From a virus (Duplodnaviria > Caudoviricetes), in the IMG/VR virus record IMGVR_UViG_3300037453_000171, positions 1 to 64,000 of that record: 64,000 bases of DNA, one strand, 5' to 3'. A program made the translations under genes and the position numbers. Under the pieces are notes generated by a model, which worked only from the letters and a program-made list of their open reading frames with translations, had not been told where the DNA came from and made no database searches. This document shows, in pieces, positions 46,606 through 58,400 of the stretch (its first letter is position 1; every line of letters begins with the position of its first letter).

Positions 46606-46969
46606 TGCCGGATTTGATTTGACGGCAGTATCTGTTGAGGAGGACAGGAAACGGAATATCGTTACCTACCATACGGGTATTTCCGTATCGTTGCCCGAAG
46701 GATACTTCGGTCTGCTTTGCCCTCGTTCAAGCGTATATAAGCATCAGCTCCAACTGGCGAACGGATTAGGAATCATCGACCAAGGTTATCACGGAGAGTT
46801 GATCTTCAAGTATCGTATCGTTCAGCCACACATCAGCAGGTATCCGGTAGGAGAAAGGGTGGGACAATTGGTTGTCGTTCCTTACCCGGAATTGGAACTG
46901 GAAGAAGTGGATGAATTTGAAGATTCCGACAGGGGTACCGGAGGATTCGGATCTTCTGATAACAAGTAG
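46541..46969 (+). CDS. dut: dUTPase
   Basis: AGFDL, PRSS, GIIDQGYHGE, GERVGQ, RGTGGFGSS. Confidence 0.95.
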   Translation: MKLKFKKLTPDAVMPMKAHPSDAGFDLTAVSVEEDRKRNIVTYHTGISVSLPEGYFGLLCPRSSVYKHQLQLANGLGIIDQGYHGELIFKYRIVQPHISRYPVGERVGQLVVVPYPELELEEVDEFEDSDRGTGGFGSSDNK

Positions 46970-48186
46970 TCTATTACTCTGCGATTAGCGACATCCACGG
47001 CTTCCTGATTAAACTTGACATAAATGAGAGTGGTCCTGTTGCCTGACGAATGGCCCAGTGCCTGCGAGATAACATCGAGGGAGATGCCTACTTCATAAGC
47101 AAAGGTAGCCCAGCAATGACGAGCATAGTATGTGGAGATTTCCGGGATGACCGGCGTAATGGTTTTTAACAGTCGTGGTGTACCAAATAAATCCTCCGGA
47201 TCTGGAACCATCTCCCATCTTACGTCTCCTATCTCCTTCAGCTTGTCGTTCATCTCGTGTACGAAATTCTTGTAGTGCTTGCAATGGTCCATTGCCTCCA
47301 GCAGATACCGCTCTCCTCTGTATTTTTTCAGCAGTTCCTCAGCCTCCGGTTCAATCTTGATTGAATATTTCTTATGTGTCTTCTCCCGGATATATTCGAG
47401 CCTACCATTAACAATTCGTTTCTCACTAGCCAACAACAGGTCTTTCGAGTTTATTCCGATGAGATAGAACATGAGGAGGAAATAGTCGCGATACCTGCAT
47501 AGATTTGCTGGTGCCGGATGGTTGAGGAACTTCCTGAAGATTTCTATGGACACGGACCGTTTCTTCGTCGGTTCATGCTTGATCGAGAAGTTCTCGAACG
47601 GATATGTCGATACGGCTCCGGTGTGTTTTGCGTAATTGCACACAGCCCGGAGACTGCGGAGATAGATGGCCCTTCCGTTTACCCCCTGGGTCCTCGCCAG
47701 AAACCTTTCAAACTGATGCAACCATTTAAGATTTATGTCTTCCATCTTCAGCGTCTTGCCTCCGAACGCAAGAACCTTCGAGAGCGTAGTCCTGTAGATT
47801 TCTTTCGTTCCTTCCTTGATATCCCGGACAAGATATTCCGTAAACATATCTGATACGAGATGAACTGGCTTGACAACTTTCTTTTCCGCTATCGCCTGCT
47901 TGATTTGCGGAGCAGTCATAGAATCGAATCTATCCGATCTATCAGGATCTATTGATAGATACGCAATAGATCGATCGACAGAAGATTTCTTCTCCGCAAG
48001 CCTTGCGTTCAAGGCGTCGGAACCAGGAACGCCCTTGATATGATTGCCATCCCATTCATTCGGAGCCACACGGATACCGGTAGGAATCATAGCCGTTGTC
48101 CGGTTATGATAGATGGTGATGACGATGCTGCCTTTCCCGTCTTTCGCTCTACCGCGAAGATCCAGGTAAAACCTTGTTGTTGCCAT
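46882..48186 (-). CDS. int: Tyrosine integrase (Bacteroidota type, with arm-binding and SAM-like domains)
   Basis: MATTRFYLD arm-binding N-terminus; catalytic region GINSKDL, REKT, YYARHCWAT, LGH, TLIY. Confidence 0.9.
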   Translation of the reverse strand: MATTRFYLDLRGRAKDGKGSIVITIYHNRTTAMIPTGIRVAPNEWDGNHIKGVPGSDALNARLAEKKSSVDRSIAYLSIDPDRSDRFDSMTAPQIKQAIAEKKVVKPVHLVSDMFTEYLVRDIKEGTKEIYRTTLSKVLAFGGKTLKMEDINLKWLHQFERFLARTQGVNGRAIYLRSLRAVCNYAKHTGAVSTYPFENFSIKHEPTKKRSVSIEIFRKFLNHPAPANLCRYRDYFLLMFYLIGINSKDLLLASEKRIVNGRLEYIREKTHKKYSIKIEPEAEELLKKYRGERYLLEAMDHCKHYKNFVHEMNDKLKEIGDVRWEMVPDPEDLFGTPRLLKTITPVIPEISTYYARHCWATFAYEVGISLDVISQALGHSSGNRTTLIYVKFNQEAVDVANRRVIDYLLSEDPNPPVPLSESSNSSTSSSSNSG

Positions 48187-48217
48187 GTTGAAGTATTTAC
48201 TACAAATATATGAATTT

Positions 48218-48470
48218 GTCTGCATACGATTCCGCATAGCGAATTATAGATGTAGAATAGCGATTTTAAAGGCAAAAACAAAAAGGCTTCAAAAATCCTT
48301 GCGGGAGATTGAAGCCAATCAATTGAAAATTAAAGAGTTACTTATGTGGAGATAAGGGGATTCGAACCCCTGACCCCCTGCTTGCAAAGCAGTAGATTTC
48401 TCCGCTTAATCACATGACAGTCACATAAATAGATATGAAAGAAAATAATTCTGCAAATGATTCTGCAAAA
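48218..48470. other. attP: tRNA-Ala(UGC) 3' half as core (48347-48392, minus strand) flanked by arm repeats
   Basis: Reverse complement CTGCTTTGCAAGCAGGGGGTCAGGGGTTCGAATCCCCTTATCTCCA with no 5' half; arm repeats gtctgcatacgattccgcatag (48218) and ttctgcaaatgattctgcaaaa (48449). Confidence 0.8.
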
Positions 48471-48674
48471 ATGCAGCAAGAGTTTTATACCGAAGCGCCA
48501 AAATGGAAGTGGCAGATTTTAGATTGGGAGAGAGCTAAAGAAGGGAAAATTCAGGTCATCGATGTTAATAATACTCCGCTTCTTGAAATAAAACTGAGCG
48601 ATATACCAAAGCACATGAGCGTTGTCGTTTGGCTGACTATTCTGATAAATACTGGAATTATACTTAAACAATGA
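48435..48674 (+). CDS. Hypothetical protein
   Basis: 79-aa ORF overlapping the attP arm. Confidence 0.45.
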   Translation: MKENNSANDSAKMQQEFYTEAPKWKWQILDWERAKEGKIQVIDVNNTPLLEIKLSDIPKHMSVVVWLTILINTGIILKQ

Positions 48675-49141
48675 ACTACGACTTAACCAACAAGGAGAAC
48701 AGACTTCGGTTTATCCGTCGATGTAACTTCCTGCTGAAGAACCAGCGGAACAATGTTTCGTTGGTGGATGAATCGAACCGAACCCTTAACCAGAACAGTT
48801 ATATCCATGTATTGTGCAGAGTGCTTGCACAGGACATCGGTGTAACTGAACGGTACGCCAAGCAGGTTTATTTCAAGGAACTGGCTAATCCGGATGTGTT
48901 CGTCACCGTTACGAAAGATCCGCTTACCGGAGATATGATGAAAGTAATCCGAAGCACCTGCGATCTTACCATCCAGGAAATGCGTAATGCCATTGATGGG
49001 TTCATCAAATGGGCGGCGGATAATGGTTACGATTTACCGGAGGCAAACATTAATGATGACGGCACGATGGAGTTTGCATCTGAAGAAGATCGGCAGAAAT
49101 TCCATCAAGCAGAAATTGAAACAAGTAAAGTTGAACTATGA
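48671..49141 (+). CDS. NinB/Orf-like protein
   Basis: RTLNQNSYIH...STCDLTIQEM...I..WA...LP pattern. Confidence 0.6.
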   Translation: MNYDLTNKENRLRFIRRCNFLLKNQRNNVSLVDESNRTLNQNSYIHVLCRVLAQDIGVTERYAKQVYFKELANPDVFVTVTKDPLTGDMMKVIRSTCDLTIQEMRNAIDGFIKWAADNGYDLPEANINDDGTMEFASEEDRQKFHQAEIETSKVEL

Positions 49142-49282
49142 CAAAGAAAGATAAAAAACAATTCCTAAAGGAGATAAAAAATCTTCTCCAGGAATCTTAC
49201 GAAGATGACGGCAATTCCTACGAACTTGAATTTCGCGGTATGCTGGAAGAAATCGTATCCGTTTGGAGCGAATTGACATCAT

Positions 49283-49314
49283 AAAAACAGGGGTGCATCA
49301 CTGCATCCCTGTTT
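49283..49314. terminator. Terminator at the convergence of the two arms
   Basis: aaacaggggtgca-tcac-tgcatccctgttt hairpin. Confidence 0.7.
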
Positions 49315-49409
49315 CCTCCTTTAACAAAACCCTCGATTATGAAGTAAAAACACCATAGCAAAGATATCGAAAAGAACAAGTCGAATTCGATATGTAAGTC
49401 AGTTTGTTA

Positions 49410-52400
49410 CTAATACTGAGCGTCATTCTTGTAGTAGTTGATGAGTGGCTGAGGATCGAGGAAGTTATCCACTTTCTTAGCCATCGAGATGATAGGCAGT
49501 TCGCGGAAGTACTTGTAGGCTTTCTTGTGTCCACGATATCTTCCGGACTTGACAGTCTGCATGTAGTTCGACGGAACAAGAAGTTGGAACGCATTAATCG
49601 TGTTGGTCAGCGGTTCGATAGCAGCGAACGGAGATTTCAGGATATGCATGGCTTCATCTACCAACATAGGAGTAGGAGCCATTGCGCCGATTTCCGTACG
49701 GAGCCTCAACATCTGCGACATCACCGTCTGATCCCACCACTTCAGAACCTTTCCACGGTCATCGCCCTCATATTCAGGCGGCGGTATCTTCCCAAGCAGG
49801 GCACAGGCAAGATACAATCCAACAACAGTGGCAAGTTCAATCATGGAACGATGAACGTTGGATTTCTCGTAATCGTTCATCTTGTTCCAGTTGAGTGAGA
49901 TGGATGTACGGAGAGCCTTCAAGTCATCGACGATATTCAGCATCGACTTAGCACTCTCTTCTTCGCTCACCTGCTCCTTGGTCGAAACAACGATATCGTG
50001 GAGAAGTCTGAACATCGTAGCGTGATATCCTTCCTCGTGTCTGCCTTTCAGTGCATTGTAATGGACGCCTGCATATCTTCTCTTGAGTGAAGGAGCGATC
50101 CATTTACGATACATGATAAGCAGGGCGCCGAGGGCATATTGCTGGACTGCGCTTCTGTCATCCAGATTGTAGATACCTTGCAGTTCGAAGTTCAGTCCGG
50201 CAACGGCTTTCGCAAACTTGATCTCGTCATCCTGCGTCAGTGCAGAACCGTCAGCTTTCGTGTACCCATCCTTCAGTTGCAGATAGGCTCCAGTCTTTCG
50301 AGCCGGATCGGTATACTTGACCTCGTAGGCATCCCACAGATTAGCATCCTCTCCGTAAGGGCCCCTCATCTTGAAGTTCCTCGCAACAGACAGAGCAGTA
50401 GTGGAAGCAAGCAGGTCTTCACCCATCGTCAATCCGGCATACAGAAGGCTGCTGTTGAATATCTTCGAAAGCCGGGATCTCTTATAGCTCAAGTTCTTAT
50501 ATTTCCGTCCGTTATCCTGATGGACATCGAATTTGTCGAGCCACAGGGATAGTTTGTTATCATAGTCGGTCTTACCGGTTTCAGCAAGACGGTCTCCAGA
50601 TTCCTTCATATACAGACCAAGCGCCCATTTCGTATCTGCAATCGAGAAGGTCTTCGCTCCAACAGTTTCAAACAGGATCTGAGTAAGGCCGACACTGATG
50701 TTGGCGATACGTTGTGGAATATTGACTGCCATCTGGGAGTAGGAGGTGATTGCATTCAGCGTATCGACAGCTTTTCTCTTGGAGATCTTCGTATTTCCGA
50801 TCGTTCCTTCGTTAGCCTGGATATGCCCGTAGATATGCATCTGGAAGAAATCTTCCAGTGCTGCAGCGATATTGGTTTCAGCCTGCTTCTTTGTAAACGG
50901 ATTATGGAAGATAGCGTTTTCGGTTTCGATCGTTTCCCGCTTCGTCTTCTTTCCGGCGTGTTGTCCGACTTCTCTCTGGGATGACATGAATTTCGCATTC
51001 TCGAGAATGCCGATAACGTTGTTCAGTTCACCATATTCATAAGCCATACCGGCATATGCGAGAATAGAGGCGGCAACATCGTCAATCATATCGTCGAAGG
51101 ATTCATTCTTGCCCTTTGCGAGATAATTGACCGGAAGCATATCTACCTGATTGCCCTCGAAGTCCACGCGGATCTCGTAGTTGTCATAATCGATACTGGA
51201 AGATGTGTCAAGAATACTGTTGCGAACTCCTTCCCAGACCTCCATGGTCTTCTGCTTGATACCTTCTGATTCCTTCACGCGATCCCAGGTGTACTTGCGA
51301 AGCATGACGATCTTGCGTTCTCCAGTGAGAGAGTCGGGAAGATATCCGTCAGCGTCCTTCTTGATTTCCATCATCGTCTGATAGAATCGATACTTCGCAC
51401 CGCCGAGCTCCTTGGCCTTGTCTTCCGTGATGTATTCGCCAGACTTGTGAAGCTTGCCATCATCCTGTCTTCCGTCGCACCACTTGCCGCCGTCATACCG
51501 CTTCCACTCGAACATCCAGCTCTGGTCATTCGAGCCGGTTTCCTTGATGAGTTCGGCAACAGCCTTTTCGATACGCGGCTTGATGGACAAGGTGCGGCTT
51601 CTCGCCTTATACTTCGCGCTTCTGGTCAAGTCATCGATTGCGTTCAACGCATAGTCGTTACAGTCGGCAATAGCATGGAACCAGCGGGAGGCAAGCGAGA
51701 TGTCTCGGTCTGCGCGATGAGCCATCTCATCAATCGTGATGACTCGCCCTTTCTCCTTGCCGATGTCAATAGTAACTCCGTGTTCTCCGTATACATTCGA
51801 CAGCATTTCCTTGAAGTAATGCATCGCCTGCATATTGTAGTATTCGAAGAATCTACGGAGAACACCAGCGGTTTCATTGATGGCCTGTGACAGCCCGACG
51901 GAATCCTTGACTTCGCCTTCCGCAATGGCCTTGCTGACATCATCGAGAACAGCGGAGAAACCATACAGCGTGTCACGAACCATATTAAGTTTACGACAGA
52001 TTTCATTCGCTTTGTACTTACCGGAATCAATATCGCTCGTCAGTTTCTCCTGCGTTTTAGTCAAGAAATCCAGCGAATCGTTCATATAAGTAATGATCGC
52101 ATCTTCTGTCTTGTAATTCTTGATGGAATTCTCCAACTTCTTAATCTGAAGTTCAACGGCGGCAATGGATTTGCTTTCGCGCATCTTCTCCTTGTCGTAT
52201 CCGATACGGCGCTGAAGAATGTCCAGACGCTTCAGTTCGTTCTTGAGAATCCGATGAAGGACATCTTCCTTTCCATCAAGATTCTTCTTGACCTTCTCTG
52301 CCTTTGCGTAAAGCTGTCCGTTACGGTTGATATCCTGTAGCGTCTTATCGTCGAGAATCTTTCCGCCGAGAAGTTCGCGTCCTATCTTGGAAGCGATATC

Positions 52401-55400
52401 ATTAGCTTCGAAGATGGCGTTCTGAATTTCATCACGGCGGAACCTGCGCAGGAATGACTTGATAGCATCAACAACACGCTGCAGAATCCGTCTGACAGGA
52501 CTGGTGCGAATCTCCTCCTGCCTGAACATCTGCTTGGCAACCAGTTTACCGGCAGCTTCAGTGACGAGTTTCTCGCGGTCATTGCCGTATGATTTTACAT
52601 AATCATCGTACTGACCTTCGAACGCTTCACGGAGCGCATCGTCGTTGTTATTCAGGACATCGAGCAACCGCTTCACGAGAGGATTGTCGTGACCTATCAT
52701 CTCGATACCGAAGTGAGCGAATTCTTCCGGCAATGCACTCTCTCCGAGATAGCCTTCAGCGATACGAATCATCTCCTTCAGACCTTCGGCGGTTACCATA
52801 GCGGTATCGAAATCAGTGACACCGGCGAGCGACATTCTCGCTTCGAGTTCGTTCAACGCACCGACAGCGACGCCTTTCTCGCGAAGTATCTCACGAAGTC
52901 TTGCATTCAATCTGGAATAGACACGCTGCTTTCTTGCTTCACGGATGTTTGCTGGAGTAGCAGGAACACGTTCCGTTTTGATTTTACCATCAGGCTGGCG
53001 ACGGGCAATAGACAGATAGTTTCCTTTCTTGACAGTAGTTTCAGCTTCGGGATTTGCACCGACTTTCGCTTTCTCGAGAGCAGCCATATCTACACCGGCA
53101 AATCCAAGCCCCATCATCGGAGTGTAATTGGCAAGTATCTCGTCTTCTGCAGTAAGCGGTGGAGGAGTTTCATCCATCTGCCCATTTTGCTGCGATGCGG
53201 CTTCTGCCTTCTGTTCCAGTTCTTCCATTGAATTGGCTTCCTGCTGTGTTGGAATAAGACCAAGCGAAGCGGCAAAGCCGGTTCCAATTTTAGTCTTATC
53301 TACCTCACCGTTTCTTACGGCACCAATCGAATTGACATATCCGTGAGTATAAGTTGAATTCTCAAGCCCGGCTTCGTAGTTGGATTCAGCAAAATGATTC
53401 TCCTCAACATCATCACGAACACCCCACGCGCTGTCGTTACCGGCAACAATGGGATGAACCTCCCAGAAGTTCAGTCTTGGATTATATTGAAGCGTCACCT
53501 GATTACCTTGAAGTCTTACGCCAAGTTTTTCTGCGACAACGGGATGAATTGCGCCATTGCGATCCTTGTCGAGACGATACAGGATTTGCGTGCGATGATC
53601 CGGATCTCCTGCATTTAGAATAATATATCTCTCATCCTTGATTCGGTCATACAACTGTGGATTCAATTCTCTGGTAATAGAATCGACACCAATCGGGAAT
53701 GTCTTGTCGGTTACATTAAGAAGGAACTTGGAATCTCCCCAGTGGTTCAGGATATACTGATTGATAAAGTTCTCCTCCTCGACAGAGTCACTTGTCCAAG
53801 TAGATCTCTGAACTTCACGAAGCGCATCGATGTATCCTGGAGTTTCCATCAGGACGGAGAACGGAGCGAAGTGCGCGAACTCGTACATACCGTATCCGAA
53901 TCCGCTCGTATACATATTGTACTTGAACAGATCGACCGCAAGCTTGCGGACGCTTTCATCACTGCTCTGCAGCATCTCTCCCCAGTAAGCACGGATACTG
54001 TCCGCCATGCCTTCCACGGCAGGACCGTTGAGGCTGAACAGGATTCGCGGCCTGTCCTTGGTCTCTTCCGGAGAAGTAGTCGTGAACTTATCAAGGAAGG
54101 CGTTGTCGATCAGGGCTTCAGCCGCAGGATCTTTTCCAGGATTCTGTTTCGCGTTTTCAATACGCTTCTTCAGCATCCTCAAGTCATGCGGGACATCGAC
54201 AATGATGCGTTTTTGTTCCTCCTGCGGGTCTCCTTGGATAAATTTCTCGTTATCAAGAAGTTTCCAGAGGATCATTTCCTGCGTGATATGCTCGATGATG
54301 GACCGCTTCGCATCCTTACTGTTGACGTGATACATCTTGAATATCTTCCTCGCGGTACCGATCCAGTCGGCACGAGCCTGCGGGAAGTATTCCTTGAACA
54401 TATCAAGGCTGGAATCCATCATCAAGGAATTCAGAGCGACAACTTCCGTCAACTTATCGCCGAGTTGTTCCATGATAAATTTTGGATCCCATCCTTCGTG
54501 AACATCTCGCTTCTTCAATACATCACGCATTCCGGAAATATGAATCGAGCTGTCGGGGTTCTTGGCAAGTTTCTCGCGGAAATCCTCGAGTGCGATATGC
54601 TTCAGGATGATATCCGAAATGCTCGAACCGATGGAGCCGGAATCAGACTCTGGTCTTGTAAGCCGAATGAAATCAGCGAGCGTCTTCGCGCCGGATGACA
54701 GATGAGATAAGATATAAAGGATACCCGTCTGCTGATTGATGAGAGGAATGTCTTGCGAATTCTTGATTTCTTCAAGTGACATCTGAAGCGTACCGATATA
54801 GTCTTCTTCTTTCATCGCGCCAGCTTTCTCGATGGCGTCAGAGAAGGAAACTCGCTTGTCATTGAACTGGGATTGAAGCTCCTCGACCAACTTTTCGGCT
54901 TCTTTGCGAAGTCCTTCACTGTCGCGCCCTTTCAGTCTATTGATAAGTTCGATGACAACCGGCTGGTTCATGATAAGATGAACCTGCTCCTCGTCGATAC
55001 CAGCAGCAAACAGGAAGGATGTCATCTCTGCCATTTCCTTGGTCTGATTCAAGTAGCCGAGAATAGGATCCTTACCATTATCAACGGCGGCGTTCAGAAG
55101 ACGGGCAAGACCGAGTGAAGCAAATGTACCTTCACGGTTCTCGACACTGAACAGCTCCTTAATAGGTTTACCGAACAAATTGATAACGGTCCTGTAACCT
55201 TCTGCGTTTTCGGAAGGAACATATTCCATGTCAAGACGCTGAAGCATCTGTTGGGCGGAATTATACAATGCATAGATACCGATCATCTCCGCACCACCCA
55301 TCAGATAGTCATAGGCGTCAAGTGAGTGGGTCAACGTATACGGAGTATCTGCGTTGCTGACGGCACGGACAAGAACAGTTAGATCGTCATCGTATAAATC

Positions 55401-58400
55401 GGTAAGAACCTCATACATACCGACAACGCTTCCAAATGCTTTCGCTGCTTTTTCGTTTTCCAATCCGAGACCGCCATACTTCGTATCAAGAACCATGGTG
55501 TCGCAGATTTTCTTCTTCAGTGTCGGATCTTTCGCGAGTCGTACAAGATGTAACGTCTTCGCATATATCTTAGATTCCTCACAACCACCAGGAATAAGAA
55601 CACGACGGCTTCCTTCGACAGAAGTCAACTGACCGCGAGTCAAAGCAATCATCATGTTATGCCTTGCCCTTGCACTGTTCTCAAGTGGAGATTTACTGGA
55701 ATCATAAGACACAACTCTGACCTTCCGGAATTTACTTCCGCCAGGAATATCGCCATTGATAACAGCTTCCCTCCATTTCTTGAATCCGTTCAGCGCGGCA
55801 TTAACATCCTTGTCCTTGATGTTTCCGATAGCAAGATTAGCAGCACCGGCATCTGTTCCAAGACCAAGAAGACGATCGTATTCCTCGTTCAGTTTATCTT
55901 CATCCCAGACAACATCGTATTCCGGAAAATCAGCACGAAGCTTATCACCATCAAAGTCCTGACCAGTAGTAACCATCGCTTCCTTGGCGACCTTCATGTT
56001 ACTTCCTTCCAGCCTTGACGAGAACCATTTGACACGACAAGGAACCGTGGAGTGTTCCGCATCGGAAGGCGTACGAGATGCATCAAACAGGAGGGCTTCC
56101 ATAGGAATAATTCCATTCTCCACAAGGCCCTTGATGTGATTGCCATCCTTGTCTTCATATCCCCATAGCATCTCCGGAGTAATCTCGCCATCTGCATTAG
56201 CAAACTCACGAAGCGCCTCCGGCAAAGGAAGACCAGCATCAAACCATTTCAATCTCTGATTCTTTCCTTCTCCCTGGAATTCAACACCGAGTTTATAAGA
56301 TTCCGGGAAACCACCCATGTACGGATCGACATCGGCTTCCATTCCAACTGCGGTCGTTACAAGAATATTCGCACCCTTCGTCTTGATCTTCGTCATCCGT
56401 TTCTTGATGATGGACGCAAGCAACTCCTGAACCTGATGTGCTACATTAGGTGAGAACATCGGGAGGGCAAAAGTTCCGTCGGCAAGATGAGTCAAGGCAA
56501 ACTTCAGTTCCTGCGGCTGATAGGATTTATTAGCAAGCTCCTCCTTAAATATCCTTTCAAGCTGGTCAGTATCCGTGAAGACCTCGCGGATTTTCTTGTA
56601 TGCTTCAACGATATTAGCGGACTTCAGCTTGTAGTACAAATCTCTTGCTTCGGTGGCCAGCATCGGAACGCCGTTGACTTCTATCATATCGCCGGGCTGG
56701 ATATTAGCCCAGACGGTCTTCTCCTTCTGCGAAGCACGAGCAATCTTGTCATCAACACCGTGAGGAGGAGTAGCTGCAGCGATGCCGTAATACTTATACG
56801 GGATCGTATGTATGGACCACTTATTTGCTTTCACGGAAGACACGAGATAATCCGTGATGGACTTCTCGTCCTTCAGGATATGCTCGTTCAGTTTCTGACC
56901 CTTCCAGCCATGCGCTTTCCTTTCTTCGTCATCCTTGAAATCGCTCCAGCGCATCAAAGGCTTGACAAGTGAATGAGCGCCTACCTTCGCACCGGAATGG
57001 AACAGGAACAAGTCAACCGGCTTTCCTTGCTTCTTCAGTTCTGCCTGTGCCGCATCAAATGCGCGAAGCGGAACGGACTGCGCGGAAAGACAGTACTTAG
57101 ACAAAGCAACCGGGAGAAGAACAGCTTCGGAATACTTGTGCAGGAAAGTAAGCTTGACGGGTTTCTGGAGTTTGCCTTCTGCGGCATCGATATGTTCAAA
57201 TCCAGTAGCAACCGGCTTGATATTCTGCATGAAAACATCAATGTCGCCCTTCAGCGGTTTACCGGCAATGATTCTCTGATAAGCAGATTCGTGTCTGTCA
57301 TCCCACTGGTCAGACATAATCATCACGTCACGATACGACTCGAGTGTACGGAATCCTTGACCGTCAGTAGATTTGATCTTCGAGTAAGCCTTCTTCATCC
57401 CGCGATACTGGACCGGAGTGATAAGTTCTTTGTCCAGTAAATCTTTCAACATCCCGAGAATTGACTTCAAGAATGCAGACTCGGAAACCTCATCGCCAAC
57501 ATACATCACATTCTCCGACTCCTTTCCAACCGGTTTCCCGTTCCAGGTAGCGTTGGTATAAAGCGAAGTACGAGTGGCATGAAGCAGCATGTTTCGCTTC
57601 TCGAAATCAATCAAGCCGTCAAAGTTCTGAAGACCGCCATCCCAGAGCTTGACCATCTGAAGACGGGCATAGAAGGTATTATAGAACCATTCATCCAGCT
57701 TCTTTCTGGAGGACTCCTTCAGAGAGCTGACTTTACCGTCCTTTGAATATACTCCGAGATCGCGGAGATATCTATTCGTAAGAATTCCTTCCTTCTCGAC
57801 GGTTTCGATATCCTTCTGCCTGATCTTCTCGAGCTGTGCGGCAACTTGCTCTTTAACGAACTGTCTCGCATCATTCGGATTCGTTCTTTCCTTATATGCC
57901 TGACGAAATCCGTTGTCATTGAACTCAGGGAATATCTGGAATTTCATTCCCTGTCTTTCATAAACGGACAGAACCGGTCTGTTCTTTCCGTCTTTGTCAT
58001 TCTTGACACGTTCCTCGATTGCTGCGATACGTTCTGTTTCGGCAAGAACTTCATCGGCAATAGCCTCGACGAGATCGGAATCAACCAGACTGACAGGTTC
58101 GTTCCATTCCTCTACTGGTTTAGTCTCATCAGTAAACGTATCGATGCTTAACTTCGGGCAGTAACAGAAGTTATAAGCAGTGGAATAGTCTGACTGGATC
58201 GGGAATTCCACGGCGCAGAACGGTTCCGTTCCCTGCGAGAACATCCTCGACGCCTTGAAGAACTGAACAAGTGAGTTGGTCAGCTTCTGCGGACGAGTCA
58301 GCTTCGCATATTCGACATGATTGAATGTCGGCATATCCGTAACGCGCATCGCTTCACGGATGTCAGTCTGTCTGTACTTGCCGGAAGCAAGCCACTTCAA

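Noticed and set aside
48347-48392. Functional tRNA-Ala gene or prophage boundary
   Set aside because: The D arm and 5' acceptor strand are missing, and phage genes lie on both sides.
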